The notes beneath the pieces were generated by a model that ran no database searches, was not told the origin of the DNA, and saw nothing but the letters and a program-made list of their open reading frames with translations. From Sphingomonadales bacterium (GTDB lineage: Bacteria > Pseudomonadota > Alphaproteobacteria > Sphingomonadales > Sphingomonadaceae): a DNA stretch of 64,000 nt. Made by a program: the position numbers and the translations under genes. The DNA lies in contig SEFZ01000021.1 of NCBI GenBank assembly GCA_004173185.1, positions 10,892 to 74,891 of the forward strand, in the 5' to 3' direction. Positions 49,727-61,329 of this stretch are shown here, piece by piece (the first letter of the stretch is position 1; every line of letters starts with the position of its first letter).

Positions 49727-51117
49727 ACGTGAATCGGCTTGCCCAGCACGCCCATTGCCGCTTCCTTGATCGCTTCCGAATGGGTGGGATGCGCATGGCA
49801 GGTGTACGCGATGTCTTCGGACGTTGCGCCGAACTCCATTGCCTGTGCGACCTGTGCGATCATCGTGCCCGCGACCGAAGTGATGATCCACGCGCCAAGC
49901 ACGCGATCGGTCTTGGCGTCGGCGATTACCTTAACCCAGCCGGTGGTGTCGTCGATCGCCTTGGCGCGGCTGTTGCCCGCCATCGGGAACTTGCCGACCT
50001 TGATCTCGCCACGCTCCTTGGCCTGCTCTTCGGTCAGGCCGACGCCGGCGATTTCGGGGTGCGTGTAGACGACCGAGGGGATCACATCATGGTTCACGAT
50101 GCCGGTGAGGCCCGCGATGTTCTCGGCACAGGCGATCCCTTCGTCTTCGGCCTTGTGCGCCAGCATAGGCCCGGGGATCACGTCGCCGATTGCCCAGACG
50201 CCGTCGACCTTGGTGCGGAAGCTATGATCGGTTTCGATCTGGGCGCGCTTGTTGAGTTCGATGCCGATCTTGTCGAGGCCAAGGCCTTCGGTGTTGGGAC
50301 GGCGGCCGATCGAGACGAGCACGGCATCGGCTTCGATGGTCTCGGCAGCACCGCCGCCGGCGGGCTCGACGGTGACAGTCGCCTTGCCGCCATTGACGGT
50401 TACGCCAGTCACCTTGGTGCCGAGCTTGATGTCCATGCCCTGCTTCTTGAAGATCTTGCCCGCTTCCTTGCGGACTTCGCCGTCCATGCCGGGCAGCAAT
50501 TGATCGAGGAACTCGACCACGGTGACCTTGGCGCCGAGGCGGCCCCAGACCGAGCCGAGCTCAAGCCCGATCACGCCGCCACCGATGACGACGAGATGCT
50601 CAGGCACCTTCTCCAGCGCGATGGCGCCGGTCGAATCGACCACGACCTTCTGGTCGATCTCGACGCCGGGAAGCGGGGTGACCGACGAGCCGGTGGCGAT
50701 GATGATGTTCTTGGCAGTGACCTTGCGATCGCCGACCTGCACGGTGTGCGCGTCGATGAAGGTGGCGAGGCCCTTCACCCATTCGATCTTGTTCTTCTTG
50801 AACAGGAATTCGATGCCGCCGGTCAGGCCGGTGACGGCCTTGGCCTTGTCCGCCATCATCGCGTCGAGATCGAGTTCGACCGAGCCGAGCTTCACGCCAT
50901 GCTTGGCGAGCGCGCCCGAAGCGGCTTCGTGGAACTTCTCCGACGCGTTGAGCAGTGCCTTGGACGGAATGCACCCGACGTTGAGGCACGTGCCACCCAG
51001 CGTCTCACGCGATTCGGCGCAGGCGGTCTTGAGACCAAGCTGTGCCGCGCGGATCGCGGCGACATAGCCACCGGGGCCGGAGCCGATCACAAGGACGTCG
51101 AAGTCGTATTCAGCCAT
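49723..51117 (-). CDS. lpdA: Dihydrolipoyl dehydrogenase
   Basis: GSGPGG, GGTCLNVGCIPSK, GGGVIGLE, HAHPTHSE. Confidence 0.97.
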   Translation of the reverse strand: MAEYDFDVLVIGSGPGGYVAAIRAAQLGLKTACAESRETLGGTCLNVGCIPSKALLNASEKFHEAASGALAKHGVKLGSVELDLDAMMADKAKAVTGLTGGIEFLFKKNKIEWVKGLATFIDAHTVQVGDRKVTAKNIIIATGSSVTPLPGVEIDQKVVVDSTGAIALEKVPEHLVVIGGGVIGLELGSVWGRLGAKVTVVEFLDQLLPGMDGEVRKEAGKIFKKQGMDIKLGTKVTGVTVNGGKATVTVEPAGGGAAETIEADAVLVSIGRRPNTEGLGLDKIGIELNKRAQIETDHSFRTKVDGVWAIGDVIPGPMLAHKAEDEGIACAENIAGLTGIVNHDVIPSVVYTHPEIAGVGLTEEQAKERGEIKVGKFPMAGNSRAKAIDDTTGWVKVIADAKTDRVLGAWIITSVAGTMIAQVAQAMEFGATSEDIAYTCHAHPTHSEAIKEAAMGVLGKPIHV

Positions 51118-51162
51118 TTTATGCTCCGTTCGCCCCGCAATATGGGTGCGCGTACGCTTTAC

Positions 51163-52386
51163 TTACAGGTCGATCAGCAGCCGGGTCGGATCCTCGATCG
51201 CGTTCTTGAGCGCGACGAGGAAGGTAACGGCTTCGCGGCCGTCGATCAGGCGATGGTCATAGCTGAGGGCGAGATACATCATCGGTCGGATGACGATCTG
51301 GCCGTCGCGTACGACCGGGCGCTCTTCGATGCGGTGCAGGCCGAGCACGGCCGACTGCGGCGGATTGATGATCGGGGTCGACATCAGCGAGCCGAACACG
51401 CCGCCGTTCGAGATGGTGAAGGTGCCGCCCTTCATCTCGTCCATCTTGAGCGTGCCTTCCTTGGCGCGCTTGCCGAAATCGCCGATGGTCTTTTCGATGC
51501 CGGCAACCGTGAGGTCCTGCGCGTCGCGGATGACGGGGACGACAAGGCCGCCCGGTGCCGAGACGGCGACCGAGATATCGGCATAATCGTGATAGACGAT
51601 CTCATCGCCTTCGATCGATGCGTTGACGCTCGGGATGTCCTTGAGCGCCATCACGGCGGCCTTCACGAAGAAGCCCATGAAGCCGAGGCGAACGCCGTGC
51701 TTCTTCTCGAAGAGATCCTTGTACTTCGCGCGCGCTTCCATGACCGCGGTCATGTCGACGTCGTTGAAGGTGGTGAGGAGCGCGGCGGTGTTCTGCGCGT
51801 CCTTGAGGCGCTTGGCGATGGTCTGGCGCAGGCGCGTCATGCGCACGCGCTCTTCCTTGCGACCGCCAGCGGCGGCGGGTGCAGCTGCCGGGGCAGCGGG
51901 TGCTGCAGCAGCGGCGGGAGCGGCCGGCTTGGAGCTCGCGGCGGTCACCACGTCTTCCTTGGTGAGGCGGCCATCCTTGCCGGTGCCCTGCACGGTCGCG
52001 GGATCGACGCCATGCTCGAGAACCGCGCGGCGGACCGACGGCGAGAGCGCTGCGGCTTCGACTTCGCGGACCTGTTCGCCAGCGCCGCTCTGCGTGCCGT
52101 CAGCAGCGGGGGCAGGTGCTGCGGGAGCCGATGACGGGGCAGCGGCAGCGCCGCCTTCGCCAACGGTCGCGATCACGGCACCGACCGAGACGGTGTCACC
52201 GACCTGAACCAGATGATCGCCCATCACGCCGTTTACCGGCGAAGGGACCTCGACCGAGACCTTATCGGTCTCAAGCGATGCGATCGGCTCATCGACCTTC
52301 ACGGCCTCGCCGGGCTGCTTGAGCCACTCGCCAAGCGTTGCTTCGGTGATCGATTCACCCAGAATTGGGACGGTTACGTCTGCCAT
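51163..52386 (-). CDS. sucB: 2-oxoglutarate dehydrogenase E2
   Basis: Lipoyl ETDKV, E3-binding GTGKDGR, catalytic DHRLIDG. Confidence 0.97.
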   Translation of the reverse strand: MADVTVPILGESITEATLGEWLKQPGEAVKVDEPIASLETDKVSVEVPSPVNGVMGDHLVQVGDTVSVGAVIATVGEGGAAAAPSSAPAAPAPAADGTQSGAGEQVREVEAAALSPSVRRAVLEHGVDPATVQGTGKDGRLTKEDVVTAASSKPAAPAAAAAPAAPAAAPAAAGGRKEERVRMTRLRQTIAKRLKDAQNTAALLTTFNDVDMTAVMEARAKYKDLFEKKHGVRLGFMGFFVKAAVMALKDIPSVNASIEGDEIVYHDYADISVAVSAPGGLVVPVIRDAQDLTVAGIEKTIGDFGKRAKEGTLKMDEMKGGTFTISNGGVFGSLMSTPIINPPQSAVLGLHRIEERPVVRDGQIVIRPMMYLALSYDHRLIDGREAVTFLVALKNAIEDPTRLLIDL

Positions 52387-52414
52387 TTTCTTTCCTCGTT
52401 CCCTGGGGGAGGGC

Positions 52415-55345
52415 TTAGTTCTTGCGGGTCCGGCGAATTTCTTCGCGGACATTATGACCGAGCGCGTCGGCTACGAGCGCGCCCTGTTCGGCCTGGTGAC
52501 GCTTCATCAGGCCCGTGGCGGGCGATGCAGCTGCGGCGCGGCCGGCATAGCGCGGACGCTGCGGCTTTACCTTGGCATCGACCATCGACTGCTCGACAAA
52601 AGGCTCAACGAACGACCAATAGCCATTGTTCTTCGGCTCTTCCTGCGCCCAGACAACCTCTTCGAGGTTCGGCATGCGCGACAGGCGCAGCGTCAGCGGA
52701 TCACCCGGGAATGGGTAAAGCTGCTCGATGCGGATGATCGACGTGTTCTTGTCGCCTGCGGCATCGCGTGCCTCGATCAGGTCATAAGCGACCTTGCCCG
52801 AGCAGAGCACGACGCGCTTCACGTCCTTGTCTAGCGGCTCCGACGGATCGGACAGGATGCGGCGGAACTGGCTGTCACCCTGAAACTCCTCAGCCTTGCT
52901 TACTGCCATCTTGTGGCGAAGCAGCGACTTGGGCGTCATCTGGATCAGGGGCTTGCGGAAATTACGACGCATCTGGCGGCGCAGGAGGTGGAAGTAATTT
53001 GCCGGCGTCGTGATGTTGACGACCTGCATATTATCCTGCGCGCAGAGCTGGAGGAAGCGCTCGGGGCGGGCCGACGAGTGCTCGGGGCCCTGGCCTTCAT
53101 AGCCATGCGGCAGCAGCATCACGAGGCCGTTGGCGCGCAGCCATTTGGCCTCGCCCGACGCGATGAACTGATCGATCATGATCTGCGCGCCATTGGCGAA
53201 ATCGCCGAACTGCGCTTCCCAGAGGACGAGCGTCTTCGGGTCTGCACCGGCATAGCCATATTCGAAGCCGAGCACGCCATATTCGGAGAGCGGGCTGTCG
53301 AGCACTTCAAACGATCCGTGCGGGATCGTCTTGAGCGGCACATATTTGGCTTCGGTCTTCTGATCGACCCAGACTGCGTGACGCTGGCTGAAGGTGCCGC
53401 GACCCGAATCCTGACCCGACAAACGGACGCCATAGCCTTCCGAAAGCAGTGCGCCGAATGCGAGCGCTTCGCCGGTTGCCCAATCGAAGTTCGCGCCCGA
53501 TTTGAACATCTCGCGCTTGGCATCGAGAACGCGCCCGAGGGTCTTGTGGATCTCGAGATCGGCAGGGACTTCGGTGAGCGTGCGGCCAAGGCTGTCGAAC
53601 AGCTTCTTCTCGATGCCGGTATCGACCGAGCGGCGAGCATTTTCGGCATCGCCGGGCGCGCCGAGGCCGGACCAGCGGCCCGCGAACCAATCCGCCTTGT
53701 TGGGCAGATAGGATTTGCCGGCTTCGAACTCGCCTTCGAGCAGATTGGTGAACTGCGCCACCTTCTCGCCGGTAAAGCCTTCGTCGATTACGCCCTGCTC
53801 GACCAGGCGCTTGGCATAGACTTCGCTGACGCCGGGATGGTTCTTGATCTTGGCGTACATCAAAGGCTGGGTGAAGCTCGGCTCGTCGCCCTCGTTATGG
53901 CCGAAGCGGCGATAGCACCACATATCGATCACGATATCGCGCTTGAAGGTCTGGCGATATTCGATTGCGAGCTTGCAGGCAAAGGTGACGGCTTCGGGAT
54001 CGTCGCCGTTGACGTGGATGATCGGCGCCATCACGCCCTTCGCCACGTCGCTCGGATAAGGCGAGGAGCGCGCGAATTGCGGGCTGGTGGTGAAGCCGAT
54101 CTGGTTGTTGATGACGAAGTGGATGCAGCCGCCGGTGTTATACCCACGGATGCCCGAGAAGCCGAGGCATTCCCAGACGATGCCCTGGCCCGCAAATGCT
54201 GCGTCGCCATGGATCAGGACCGGCAGAACCTGGGTGTGGTCCGCCAGATCGCTGCGCATCGTCTGAAGCGCGCGAACCTTGCCGAGCACGACCGGATCGG
54301 CGGCTTCGAGGTGCGACGGGTTGGCGACGAGCGACATATGGACGCTGGCACCGTCGAATTCGCGATCGGTGCTGGTGCCGAGGTGATATTTCACATCGCC
54401 CGAACCGGCGACGTCATCGGGATTGGACGAGCCGCCGCCGAATTCGTGGAAGATGATGCGGAAGGGCTTCGACATCACGTTTGCGAGCATGTTCAGCCGG
54501 CCGCGATGCGCCATGCCGTAAACGATCTCGCGCACGCCGGTGGCGCCGCCATATTTGATGATCGCTTCCATTGCGGGGATCATCGATTCGCCGCCATCGA
54601 GGCCGAAGCGCTTCGTGCCGACATATTTCTTGCCGCAGAAACGCTCCCACTGCTCGGCTTCGATCACCTTGGAGAGGATCGCCTTCTTGCCCTCAGGGCT
54701 GAACTGGATTTCCTTGTCCTTGCCTTCCATCCGATCCTGAAGGAAACGGCGCTCATCCACGTCCGCGATGTGCATATATTCGAGGCCGACAGCGCCGCAG
54801 TAATTTGCGCGCAGCACATCGATGATCTCGCGCACGGTCGCCCATTGCATGCCAAGCACGCCGCCAAGGTAGATTGGCGTATCGATTTGATCGTCGGTGA
54901 AGCCGTGATATTCGGTACGCAGATCCGCAGGGATATCCTGACGCGCAAGACCGAGCGGATCGAGATTGGCAGCGAGATGCCCGCGCACACGGTAGGTGCG
55001 GATCAGCAGCATCGCGCGGATCGAATCGCCGGCGGCCTTGGCGATCTCGGACTCGGACGGAGCAGCCTTGGGCGCAGGCGCGGACGCGCCGGCCTTGCTC
55101 GGCTTGGGCGCCGGCTCCATCTGGGTGGGATCGAGCGCGGCGGTGAGCGCGTCGGTTTCCGAAAGCGGCCAATTGGCCTGCTTCCAGCTCGGGCCCTGGG
55201 CGCTGCCCTCAAGCCCTTCAAACCAAGCGCGCCAACCGGCTTCGATCGCGGCCGGATCGGCCTTGTACTTCTTGTACAGAGTCTCGACGAAGGCGGGGCT
55301 CACACCGCCTGCGATCTCGTCGAAGTCGAGGCCTTCATAGCCCAT
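52415..55345 (-). CDS. sucA: 2-oxoglutarate dehydrogenase E1
   Basis: [44 protein letters not shown]. Confidence 0.98.
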   Translation of the reverse strand: MGYEGLDFDEIAGGVSPAFVETLYKKYKADPAAIEAGWRAWFEGLEGSAQGPSWKQANWPLSETDALTAALDPTQMEPAPKPSKAGASAPAPKAAPSESEIAKAAGDSIRAMLLIRTYRVRGHLAANLDPLGLARQDIPADLRTEYHGFTDDQIDTPIYLGGVLGMQWATVREIIDVLRANYCGAVGLEYMHIADVDERRFLQDRMEGKDKEIQFSPEGKKAILSKVIEAEQWERFCGKKYVGTKRFGLDGGESMIPAMEAIIKYGGATGVREIVYGMAHRGRLNMLANVMSKPFRIIFHEFGGGSSNPDDVAGSGDVKYHLGTSTDREFDGASVHMSLVANPSHLEAADPVVLGKVRALQTMRSDLADHTQVLPVLIHGDAAFAGQGIVWECLGFSGIRGYNTGGCIHFVINNQIGFTTSPQFARSSPYPSDVAKGVMAPIIHVNGDDPEAVTFACKLAIEYRQTFKRDIVIDMWCYRRFGHNEGDEPSFTQPLMYAKIKNHPGVSEVYAKRLVEQGVIDEGFTGEKVAQFTNLLEGEFEAGKSYLPNKADWFAGRWSGLGAPGDAENARRSVDTGIEKKLFDSLGRTLTEVPADLEIHKTLGRVLDAKREMFKSGANFDWATGEALAFGALLSEGYGVRLSGQDSGRGTFSQRHAVWVDQKTEAKYVPLKTIPHGSFEVLDSPLSEYGVLGFEYGYAGADPKTLVLWEAQFGDFANGAQIMIDQFIASGEAKWLRANGLVMLLPHGYEGQGPEHSSARPERFLQLCAQDNMQVVNITTPANYFHLLRRQMRRNFRKPLIQMTPKSLLRHKMAVSKAEEFQGDSQFRRILSDPSEPLDKDVKRVVLCSGKVAYDLIEARDAAGDKNTSIIRIEQLYPFPGDPLTLRLSRMPNLEEVVWAQEEPKNNGYWSFVEPFVEQSMVDAKVKPQRPRYAGRAAAASPATGLMKRHQAEQGALVADALGHNVREEIRRTRKN

Positions 55346-55400
55346 TGTTACATCCAATCATGCGGTTCAACGCGCGCAATATAGGACGCGCGTTAACCAA

Positions 55401-56285
55401 TTACCCCTTGAGGACTTCCAGCAGCGTCTCACCCAGCAGCGAAGGGCTGAGCGAAACGCGGATGCCGGCGGCTTCCATCGCTGCGATCTTGCTTTCCGCA
55501 TCGCCCTTGCCGCCCGAAACGATCGCGCCGGCATGGCCCATGCGGCGGCCCGGAGGCGCCGTGCGGCCCGCGATGAAGCCAGCCATAGGCTTTTTGCGGC
55601 CACGCTTGGCTTCGTCGATCAGGAACTGCGCAGCCTGCTCCTCGGCGTCGCCACCGATTTCGCCGATCATGATGATCGACTTGGTGGCTTCGTCGGCAAG
55701 GAACAGCTCGAGCACGTCGATGAAGTTGGTGCCGTTGACCGGATCGCCGCCGATGCCGACTGCGGTGGTCTGGCCGAGGCCTGCATTGGTGGTCTGGAAC
55801 ACGGCCTCATAAGTGAGCGTGCCCGAGCGCGAGACGACGCCGACCGACCCCTGCGAGAAGATGCTGCCGGGCATGATCCCGATCTTGCACTGGCCGGGGG
55901 TCAGTACGCCGGGGCAGTTCGGCCCGATGAGGCGCGACTTGGAGCCGCTGAGGGCGCGCTTGACCTTGACCATGTCGAGCACCGGAATGCCTTCGGTGAT
56001 CGTGACGATCAGCGGGATTTCGGCGTCGATTGCTTCGAGGATCGAATCGGCTGCGAAGGGAGGCGGAACGTAGATCACGGTCGCGTCGGCGCCGGTCTTT
56101 TCCTTGGCCTCTGCAACGGTGTCGTACACCGGCAGGCCGATATGCTGGGTGCCGCCCTTACCGGGCGTGACGCCGCCGACCATCTGGGTGCCGTAAGCCA
56201 GCGCCTGCTGGGTGTGGAAGGTGCCGGTCTCACCGGTCATGCCCTGAGTGATGACCTTGGTGTTCTTATCGACGAGGATGCTCAT
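55401..56285 (-). CDS. sucD: Succinyl-CoA synthetase alpha subunit
   Basis: [25 protein letters not shown], phospho-His motif RMGHAG. Confidence 0.98.
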   Translation of the reverse strand: MSILVDKNTKVITQGMTGETGTFHTQQALAYGTQMVGGVTPGKGGTQHIGLPVYDTVAEAKEKTGADATVIYVPPPFAADSILEAIDAEIPLIVTITEGIPVLDMVKVKRALSGSKSRLIGPNCPGVLTPGQCKIGIMPGSIFSQGSVGVVSRSGTLTYEAVFQTTNAGLGQTTAVGIGGDPVNGTNFIDVLELFLADEATKSIIMIGEIGGDAEEQAAQFLIDEAKRGRKKPMAGFIAGRTAPPGRRMGHAGAIVSGGKGDAESKIAAMEAAGIRVSLSPSLLGETLLEVLKG

Positions 56286-56364
56286 CGGTGTTCCTTTTCC
56301 GTCACGCCAGCGACGGCTGGCACCTTGTAGCAAACACCCCGGCCGAAGCCGGGGCGGGCGCAGA

Positions 56365-57363
<999 letters not shown>

Positions 57364-57449
57364 CTATAGTCCGCCGCGAATTTCGCGGGCGGCTTAGGCC
57401 GAATGGGCGCGGCTCGCAACCTTAGAAGCGTGAGGGCTCGTCTTTATCT

Positions 57450-57466
57450 TTGCGATTAATTCGCAA
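57450..57466. promoter_or_regulatory. Fur-like box upstream of mdh
   Basis: TTGCGA-TTAAT-TCGCAA, a perfect 6-5-6 inverted repeat. Confidence 0.6.
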
Positions 57467-57492
57467 GTGCATTAAGCGCGGCATTTCGTTCA

Positions 57493-57960
57493 TTATGATG
57501 CGCGACGCAGCCGCAGGAGGTGGTCCTTGGCTTCGCCTGCCTTGTCCTTCAATCGGATGGTGATCAGCAGTTCCTCGCCCTCGCGGCGCAGCCACAGGCC
57601 GTTGAACCGCAGGCTTTCCTTCTCCGTCGATATCGGCTCGAAGGCATGCCAGCCGGCTTTGTCTTCCCATGCGGTGAAGTCCGGGTTGAAGTGCTTGACC
57701 CTCAGTCTGATCCCGCCGGGCTGCACGTCCATCAGCATGATCTCGTAGAACACCGGGGCGTCGTCATTATAGAGCGTGAAATGGCCGACCATCTGGCCGC
57801 CTTGCACCGGCGACCAATTCTCCTCGACCTTCCCGCCCAGCCCTTCGCCGACCCAGCGCCCTGCGAGCCACGCGGCGTCGTGGATCGAAAGCGGGGCTTG
57901 CTGGGCGAAGGCCGGAAGCGGGGCTAGCGCGAGCAGAAGCGCCGCGGCGCGATCAAGCAC
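57493..57960 (-). CDS. Exported hypothetical protein, DUF6265-like
   Basis: Signal peptide AFA|Q; WLAGRWVG, EENWSP, LRVKHF, WED. Confidence 0.75.
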   Translation of the reverse strand: MLDRAAALLLALAPLPAFAQQAPLSIHDAAWLAGRWVGEGLGGKVEENWSPVQGGQMVGHFTLYNDDAPVFYEIMLMDVQPGGIRLRVKHFNPDFTAWEDKAGWHAFEPISTEKESLRFNGLWLRREGEELLITIRLKDKAGEAKDHLLRLRRAS

Positions 57961-58357
57961 CCGAAAGGTCCTGATAGAACATCAGCGCATTGCCATCGGG
58001 ATCGTAGAAGGTGAGCAAGCGAACCATGCCGGGAATTTCCATGATTTCGCCGTCCTGACGGATGATTTTGGCATCGAGCACCGCCTTGGCGGCATCGAGA
58101 TCTGCCACGCCGAAAGTAAGCGTCGCACCGCCGCCCTGCGGCACCGTCTCAACCTGACTGAGCCCGACAGTTACGCGCGCGACGGGGCTGACCATCTCGC
58201 ACCATGCGATCTCGTCGATCCGATAGAGGAGCGTCATGCCGAACAGTTCCTGATACCAGGGGATCGCCGCATCGAGGCTGGTGACGCTGATCGCGCAGGT
58301 AAGCCCGCCATCATAAGCGATCGGGCTGGTTTGCGTTTGCGGTTCGGTTGTTGCCAT
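57953..58357 (-). CDS. VOC/glyoxalase family protein
   Basis: VTSLDAAIPWYQELFG, FGVADLD, FYDPDGN. Confidence 0.88.
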   Translation of the reverse strand: MATTEPQTQTSPIAYDGGLTCAISVTSLDAAIPWYQELFGMTLLYRIDEIAWCEMVSPVARVTVGLSQVETVPQGGGATLTFGVADLDAAKAVLDAKIIRQDGEIMEIPGMVRLLTFYDPDGNALMFYQDLSGA

Positions 58358-58424
58358 CGTGCTGCTCCGACTCTATGGTTCCGTTTGTATAGTACATATC
58401 GTTACGGAGCTGCTGTCAACGCCA

Positions 58425-58970
58425 ATGTCCGCGCCGGTCATCCCGCCTGAAATCCTGCGCTTGCTCGGCGGAAATCGCTGGGCCGTGCCGGTAATGGCGC
58501 TGATCAGTCGGGAAGAGGGTTCGCGCTTTGCGATGCTCTCGCGGGCGCTGGGCATGTCGCATCACAGCCTGACGCGGTGCCTTGCATATTTGCGCGAGAC
58601 CGGATGGGTGGTGCCCAATCCGGGACATGGCCATCCGCTGCGGCCCGAATATCTGCTGAGCGAGGCGGGCAAGCCGGTGGGAGCATTGTGCGAGCGAATC
58701 GTGGCGCAGCGCGAGTTGCTGGCGCTTGCCGCATCTGACCTGCCGCGCTGGTCGCTGCCGGTGGTAGCGGGGCTGGCGCCGGCCTGGACACGGTTTGGCG
58801 AATTGCAGACGCGGCTGTCGCCGGTGACGCCGCGCGCGCTCTCGCAGACGCTGCAGACGATGATCGGGCACGATCTGGTCAAGCGCCGCCTGGAGGACCG
58901 CTACCCGCCGGTTGCTTTGTACGGGCTGACTGGACGGGGGCAGGATCTGGCGGGGGCGATTGCGGGGTAA
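58425..58970 (+). CDS. Transcriptional regulator with two tandem HxlR-type wHTH domains
   Basis: RW...RFAML...YLLSEAG followed by RW...RFGELQ...PPVALYGLTGRG. Confidence 0.82.
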   Translation: MSAPVIPPEILRLLGGNRWAVPVMALISREEGSRFAMLSRALGMSHHSLTRCLAYLRETGWVVPNPGHGHPLRPEYLLSEAGKPVGALCERIVAQRELLALAASDLPRWSLPVVAGLAPAWTRFGELQTRLSPVTPRALSQTLQTMIGHDLVKRRLEDRYPPVALYGLTGRGQDLAGAIAG

Positions 58971-58977
58971 GTGCCGG

Positions 58978-60816
58978 TTACGGCCGCAAGCGCGCCCGCC
59001 GCCGATATTCCTCCGCCAGCACATGGAAGGCTGCCTTGCGTGCGCCCGTTTCCGAAATCAGCCCCTTGCGGTTCCAGCCCTGCTGATAGACCGGATGCTG
59101 GCGGCGCGGGGAGCGGAAGTCCTTCAATATCCACGGCGAGAGGCCCGCGAGGAACGGGATGCGGTCAGCCATGGCGAGCGTCTGGCGATAATATTCGGCC
59201 TGATATTCCTCGCTGAACTTGTGCGGGGCGGAGGCGGCATCGTGATAGCCGGCCATCGCATCGGCGCCGAATTCGGAGAAGATCAGCGGCTTTTCCGCCG
59301 GCGAGCGCCATTCCAGGCCAGGGAGGTCGGCGAGCGGATCGCCCGAATACCAGCCATTATAGGTGTTGATCGCCATCACATCGAGATCGGGGACGAGTGG
59401 ATCGTCGATCGTCGAAACCTTGCCTTCGCGGCGGCTGAGCAAGGCGGCGGTGACAAGGCGGCTGGAATCCAGCGCACGGACGTCGCCGATCAGCGTGCGT
59501 AGGAAAGCATTGCGCGCATCCGAGACGGGCGTCTCGTTGGCGACGCTCCACAAGATGATCGAGGCGCGGTTGCGGTCGCGGCGAATATTCTCGGCGAGCA
59601 TGGCGCGCGCATCCTTGAGCGTATCAGGATTGCTCCACGCGACGCGCCAATAGACCGGGACTTCGCTCCACACGAGCAGGCCGAGCTCGTCGGCGGCCCG
59701 GGTCATCACTTCGCTATGGGGATAATGCGCGAGGCGGACGAAATTGCCATTCAGACCCTGCTTGATCTCGGTGAGCAAGGCGTGCGCCGCCGCGGGGGTG
59801 ATCGCGCGAACGGGGTCTTTGCCCAGCTCCTCCTCGTGCATTGAAATGCCCCGCAGGAAGATCGGCTTGCCGTTGAGCAGGATTTTGGTGCCCCGCACTT
59901 CTACGGTGCGGAAACCGATGCGATCGGTCAGCACATCTTCGCCCGCTTCGATGCGGACATCATAGAGCATTGGGCTTTCGGGCGACCAGCACTTGAGCGC
60001 CTTCGGTGCGGCGATATTGCCGGTCCAATTGCCGAGGCCGTCGCTACGCCCGCTGATCGTGAGGCCAAGCGCGGGTATGCGGATGGCGAGCGGCACCGAA
60101 GGATCGCTGCCCTTGATATGCACAGTCGCGGCGATTCGACCCTCGGGCGTGAGCCGGATGAAGGCGTCATCGACATATGTTTCTGGCACCGCGATCAGGG
60201 TTACCGATCGGGTGATCCCGCCATAGGTTTCCCAATCGGTGACCGGTGGCGGCACATCGGCATCGGTGCGCACCGAATCGACACCGACCGTGATCTGATT
60301 ACTGCCGGGGCGCAGCGTGTCTGTCACGTCGAACGCGAACGGCGTGAAACCGCCGCGATGCGTACCGATGGGCTTGCCGTTGAGATAGACCGATGCGGCA
60401 TAATCCGCGGCACCGAAGCGCAGGAAGAGGCGCTTCCCCGGCTGCGGCTCGAAATCGAAAACGCGCTGATACCAGACCAGCCCCTGATACAGCCGCATCT
60501 CGGGCGCGTGGCCGATCCAGCTGCCCGGCAGATGCGTGAAGGGCGATTGCTGCATGTCGAATTCGAACAATGTCGTCGGGTTCTTCCGAGCGACATCTGC
60601 TTGCACTGTATCGGCCCAACGCCGCGTGCTGGGGCCTGCTGGGTCGCCATGAAATCCGGTGACGCCATCGCGAAAGGGGTCGATCGACCAATGCCAAGCC
60701 CCGTCAAGGCTTTGCGAGGGGCGCATATCGGCGGCAACGAGCGTTTGTGCGGTGGCCGGGAGAGCGAGAAAGGTCAGCGCTGTCATGAGCGATGCGATGC
60801 GCGCGAGCAGATGCAT
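58978..60816 (-). CDS. GH2 beta-glucuronidase, exported
   Basis: Signal peptide ATA|Q; HRGGFTPF, RLAHYPH, acid/base WSVANE, nucleophile SEFGAD, GUS NxK motif WNRKG. Confidence 0.9.
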   Translation of the reverse strand: MHLLARIASLMTALTFLALPATAQTLVAADMRPSQSLDGAWHWSIDPFRDGVTGFHGDPAGPSTRRWADTVQADVARKNPTTLFEFDMQQSPFTHLPGSWIGHAPEMRLYQGLVWYQRVFDFEPQPGKRLFLRFGAADYAASVYLNGKPIGTHRGGFTPFAFDVTDTLRPGSNQITVGVDSVRTDADVPPPVTDWETYGGITRSVTLIAVPETYVDDAFIRLTPEGRIAATVHIKGSDPSVPLAIRIPALGLTISGRSDGLGNWTGNIAAPKALKCWSPESPMLYDVRIEAGEDVLTDRIGFRTVEVRGTKILLNGKPIFLRGISMHEEELGKDPVRAITPAAAHALLTEIKQGLNGNFVRLAHYPHSEVMTRAADELGLLVWSEVPVYWRVAWSNPDTLKDARAMLAENIRRDRNRASIILWSVANETPVSDARNAFLRTLIGDVRALDSSRLVTAALLSRREGKVSTIDDPLVPDLDVMAINTYNGWYSGDPLADLPGLEWRSPAEKPLIFSEFGADAMAGYHDAASAPHKFSEEYQAEYYRQTLAMADRIPFLAGLSPWILKDFRSPRRQHPVYQQGWNRKGLISETGARKAAFHVLAEEYRRRARLRP

Positions 60817-60990
60817 GAAATCCCCTCCTGATGCTTTGCGCCGGGCTTAGCGCCCACCATGGCCTTTCGACAAGCAGGGCGATCCGCCCCGGCCAATTCG
60901 GCCCTACTGGCGTTGGACAAGGCGGATGAGCCGCATCTATTCCTTCAATACCGCGCGCAACTTCATGCAATTGCGGAAGGAGGGGAATCG

Positions 60991-61323
60991 ATGGCCGGAC
61001 GTAAACTCTTCACGAACCAGTCGCCGTACGCACTGCTTGTCACGCTGACGGTGCGGAGAAATGATGATCCGCGCAACGCCGCAGGCACCAAGGAATTCCA
61101 TATTCTGCCCCGTCAGTCGCAGTGGCAGGAATATGGCGACAACATCAATATCTACCTGAACGGCATCACGATCGCCGCGCAGGGCGAAGGCGTGGCTGCT
61201 ACGCAGCAACATACCGTAATCGTCCGCGGATCAGCGCTGGATAATGAGCTGAACACGCGCAACGGCGTCGATATCGGCTTTGACAATGATGCCTATTTTC
61301 TCTCGACACGGCAGGTGAACTGA
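60991..61323 (+). CDS. Hypothetical protein, 110 aa
   Basis: Strong RBS AAGGAGGGG before ATG 60991; Asn-rich, beta-strand-like sequence. Confidence 0.72.
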   Translation: MAGRKLFTNQSPYALLVTLTVRRNDDPRNAAGTKEFHILPRQSQWQEYGDNINIYLNGITIAAQGEGVAATQQHTVIVRGSALDNELNTRNGVDIGFDNDAYFLSTRQVN

Positions 61324-61329
61324 ACGCGC

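Noticed and set aside
52388-52414. Degenerate CCCTC...GAGG palindrome between sucA and sucB
   Set aside because: Too short and imperfect to call a REP element; it overlaps the sucB RBS.
49729-55384. 801-aa and 823-aa plus-strand ORFs opposite lpdA/sucB and sucA
   Set aside because: Antisense shadows of conserved TCA genes; long stop-free frames are expected from codon bias.
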